Positions 61,358 to 64,000 of a stretch of DNA of 64,000 nt are shown here, piece after piece. Source of the stretch: Centroscyllium fabricii (taxonomy: Eukaryota); assembly GCA_051313645.2 (NCBI GenBank), contig JBNRSN020000005.1, positions 111,724,001-111,788,000 on the forward strand, written 5' to 3'. Position 1 is the stretch's first letter, and each line of letters begins with the position of its first letter. The notes below the pieces were generated by a model that worked only from the letters and a program-made list of their open reading frames with translations, was not told the origin of the DNA and did not search any database. The position numbers and the translations under genes are program-made.

Positions 61358-62202
61358 TGCAGTACAATATTTAAAGATATTTGATAGTCTACCGATAACA
61401 CCTTTTCATTATTAGCCATTTTTCAATAATCAATTTCCATAGCCCCTTACTCATTTACACTGACAAAAAATGGAACCTTTTTACAGTTAAGTTTGATTAA
61501 CTACAGTAGAATGCCACTAGATCAGGAACCAGGTAATCGAAACAGCTGCACTCAAAAATTGGTTTGGAGCAAACTAATAAAGATACTAGATTCCATTTTA
61601 GTTTGACCTGAAACAGACTGTACACAATGCTATAAGAAAGGATCAAATGATTTTTACAGGAGTTTAATATTGAAATATTAATAAATAGATTTACTAATTC
61701 CATTATAACTGGAGTTGTTCCATTCAATGACATGGAAAAGGATATGTGGCACAGAAAGTTTTCAGTATCAGTAAGTTCTACTGTAAAACACTACTTTGGA
61801 TCCACTTGTGCATTTTCCCTGCTCTCACAGACAACTCACGCGATGATGCGAAGGCTGCAGGAAACCTCACATTATAGTTGCTGAGCTCAGTAACAGAGTG
61901 GTCCACTCTCGATCGATCTTAATTTTGTGCAACAATGGCCCCATTATTATACCCTCAGCTCCAGGCCATTACATCATACCTCTTCCATGACCTTTATCCT
62001 TAGTTTACAGTAACCTCTATTAGTTCATCATTCCAGAGGCTCGCTGTCTCCAAGGTAAAGACCCACGGCCTCCACTTGTAAACTGGCTGGCAAACTACAT
62101 CCAGGGGAAAGGGCAACAGCGTTCCTTGTATGGTTGCATGATAGATAGATTTATCTACCAGAATGTCACAACTACACAAACAACAAACAACTACCTTTAT
62201 GA

Positions 62203-63322
62203 CAAAGGCAAAATGCTGCAGATGCTGCAGATCTGAAATATAAACAGAAAATGCTGGAAATGCTCAGCAGGTCAGACAGCAACAGTGGAGAGAGAAACAG
62301 AATTAACGTTTCAGGTTGGTGACCTCTCACCAGAACTGGAAAATGTTACAGATGTAACGGGTTTTAAGCAAGTACAGAGGCAGGGAAAGCGGATGGGGAG
62401 GAATGAACAAAAGGTCTGTGATAGGGTGGAAGGCAGGAATGGTTAAATGAGAAAAGGGATGATGGTGCAAGGCAAAAGGGAATGGTCCAGAAATGGAGAT
62501 AAGAGAAGTCGAGGAAGGGAAGGTAAGAGTCGGAGATGGACCATGTGAAGGAGGGGTGGAAATTTGAAGCAAAGTTGATGGCATTTTCCAGTTCAGGGCG
62601 AGAGCATGAAGTGGCACTGATACAGTCATCAATGTACCAGAAAAAGAGGTGAGGGAGGGGACCTGAGTGGAACTGAAATAAAGAATTTTCCATGTATCCT
62701 GCGAAAAGGCAGGCATAGCTAGGACCCATACGGGTTCCCATAGTGACACCTTTTATTTGGAGCAAGTGAGAGGAGTCAAAGTTGTTCAATGCAAGAACAA
62801 GTTCAGCCAGGCGAAGGAGGGTGGTGGGGAATGGAGGTGTAGAGGGACCGGACGTCCATGGTGAAAAAGAGATAGTTAGGGCCAGGAAACTGGAAACGGT
62901 TAAAGTGGTGGAGGCGTCGGAAGAGTTGCAGGTGTAGGTCAGAGGCTGAAACGATGAATCTACAGTGCAGTCCTATTTGTGAATCTTGGGAAGGAGCTAG
63001 AAGCGGTCTGTGCGAGGTTGGGGGACTATAAAGTCAGAGGCCGTTGCGGGGGGGGGGGGATTTTCAGAGGAAATGAGGTCAGTGACAGTCTGTGAAATGA
63101 TGGCTTGATGTCCGGTGGTGGGGTCATGGTCCAGGGGGAAGTAGGAGGAGGTGTTGGAGAGTTGGCTTTCAGCCTCCGCAAGGTAAAGGTCTCTTCGTCA
63201 AACAACAACAGCACCGCCCTCGTCAGCAGGTTTAATGACAAAGTCACGGTTGGATCTGAGAGAACGGAATGCTCCAAGTTCAGAGGGAGCTAAGATAGAG
63301 TGAGTGAGGGGAGCAGAGAAAT
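62203..63322 (-). mobile_element. Penelope-like element with RT remnants and pLTR, internally deleted
   Basis: QIKGVTMGTRMGPSYACLF...WYIDDC and VIKPADEGGAVVV; pLTR with degenerate hammerhead CTGGTGA...GAAACGTT. Confidence 0.85.
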
Positions 63323-63324
63323 TA

Positions 63325-64000
63325 AACATAGAAGATAGGAACAGGAGTTGGCCATTCGGCCCCTCGAGCCTGCTCCGCCATTCAATGAGATCATGGCTGA
63401 TCATCCAAACTCAGTACCTGTCCCTGCCTTCTCCCCATATCTCTTGATCCTTTTAGCCTTAAGAAATACATCCAGCTCCTTCTTGAATATATTCAATGAA
63501 CTAGCCTCCACTGCCCTCTGTGGCAGAGAATTCCACAGGTTCACCACTCTCTGGGTGAAGAAATTCCTCCTCATCTCTGTCCTAAATGAGTTACCCCTTA
63601 TCCTTAGACTATGACCCCTGGTTCTGGACTCTCCGATCATCGAGAACATTCTTCCTGCATCAAGTTTGTCCAGACCAGTTAGAATTTTATACATTTCGAT
63701 GAGATCCCCTCTCAATCTTCTAAACTCCAGAGAGTACAAACCCAGTCTCTCCTCATACGTCATTCCTGCCATCCCAGGTATCAGCCTGGTGAATCCTCTC
63801 TGCACTCCCTCCATGGCAAGAACGTCCTTCCTTAGATAAGGAGACCAAAATTGTACACAGTACTCAAGGTGTGGTCTCACCAAGGCCCTGTACAACTGCA
63901 GCAAGACCTCCCGGTTCCTGTACTCGAACCCTTTCGCTATGAAGGCCAACATACCATTTGCCTTCTTAACCGCCTGCTGCACCTGCATGCTCACCTTCAG
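63325..64000 (-). mobile_element. CR1 LINE 3' part, running off the window
   Basis: ORF 63401-63994 RT C-terminus and conserved tail. Confidence 0.92.

Noticed and set aside
61840-61890. C/D-box-like GATGATG...CTGA
   Set aside because: Imperfect box C, too short, and antisense to the host gene.

Overview
Vertebrate nuclear DNA, most likely an elasmobranch (shark/ray), judged by HE1-type V-SINEs sharing a tail with HER1-like CR1 LINEs and a SacSINE1-like DeuSINE. Two convergent housekeeping genes are partly present: the last three coding exons of rps27a (ubiquitin-eS31 fusion, + strand, 1866-4667) and the last eight coding exons of mtif2 (mitochondrial IF2, - strand, 61084 down to 17351), the same neighbour pair as in human. 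Most of the rest is transposon-derived: many CR1 LINEs (nearly all on the - strand), Rex1, L2, RTE, Penelope-like elements with hammerhead motifs, SINEs, eight Harbinger/PHIS-like MITEs and five Tigger-like MITEs. The most striking features are (1) a 10.6-kb non-autonomous hAT-like element with a perfect 8-bp TSD, about 90% of which is a G-run minisatellite; this explains the giant spurious ORFs; (2) a young 5S-rRNA-derived SINE with a Rex1-like tail; (3) MITEs carrying promoter-like motifs and consensus splice donors; (4) a perfect Penelope hairpin with hammerhead cores on both strands; (5) a GC-AG intron in mtif2; (6) an unusually diverged eS31. I see no evidence for a new protein-coding system. 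All repeat family names come from recognition by eye, not database searches, and repeat boundaries are approximate unless TIR/TSD positions are given.
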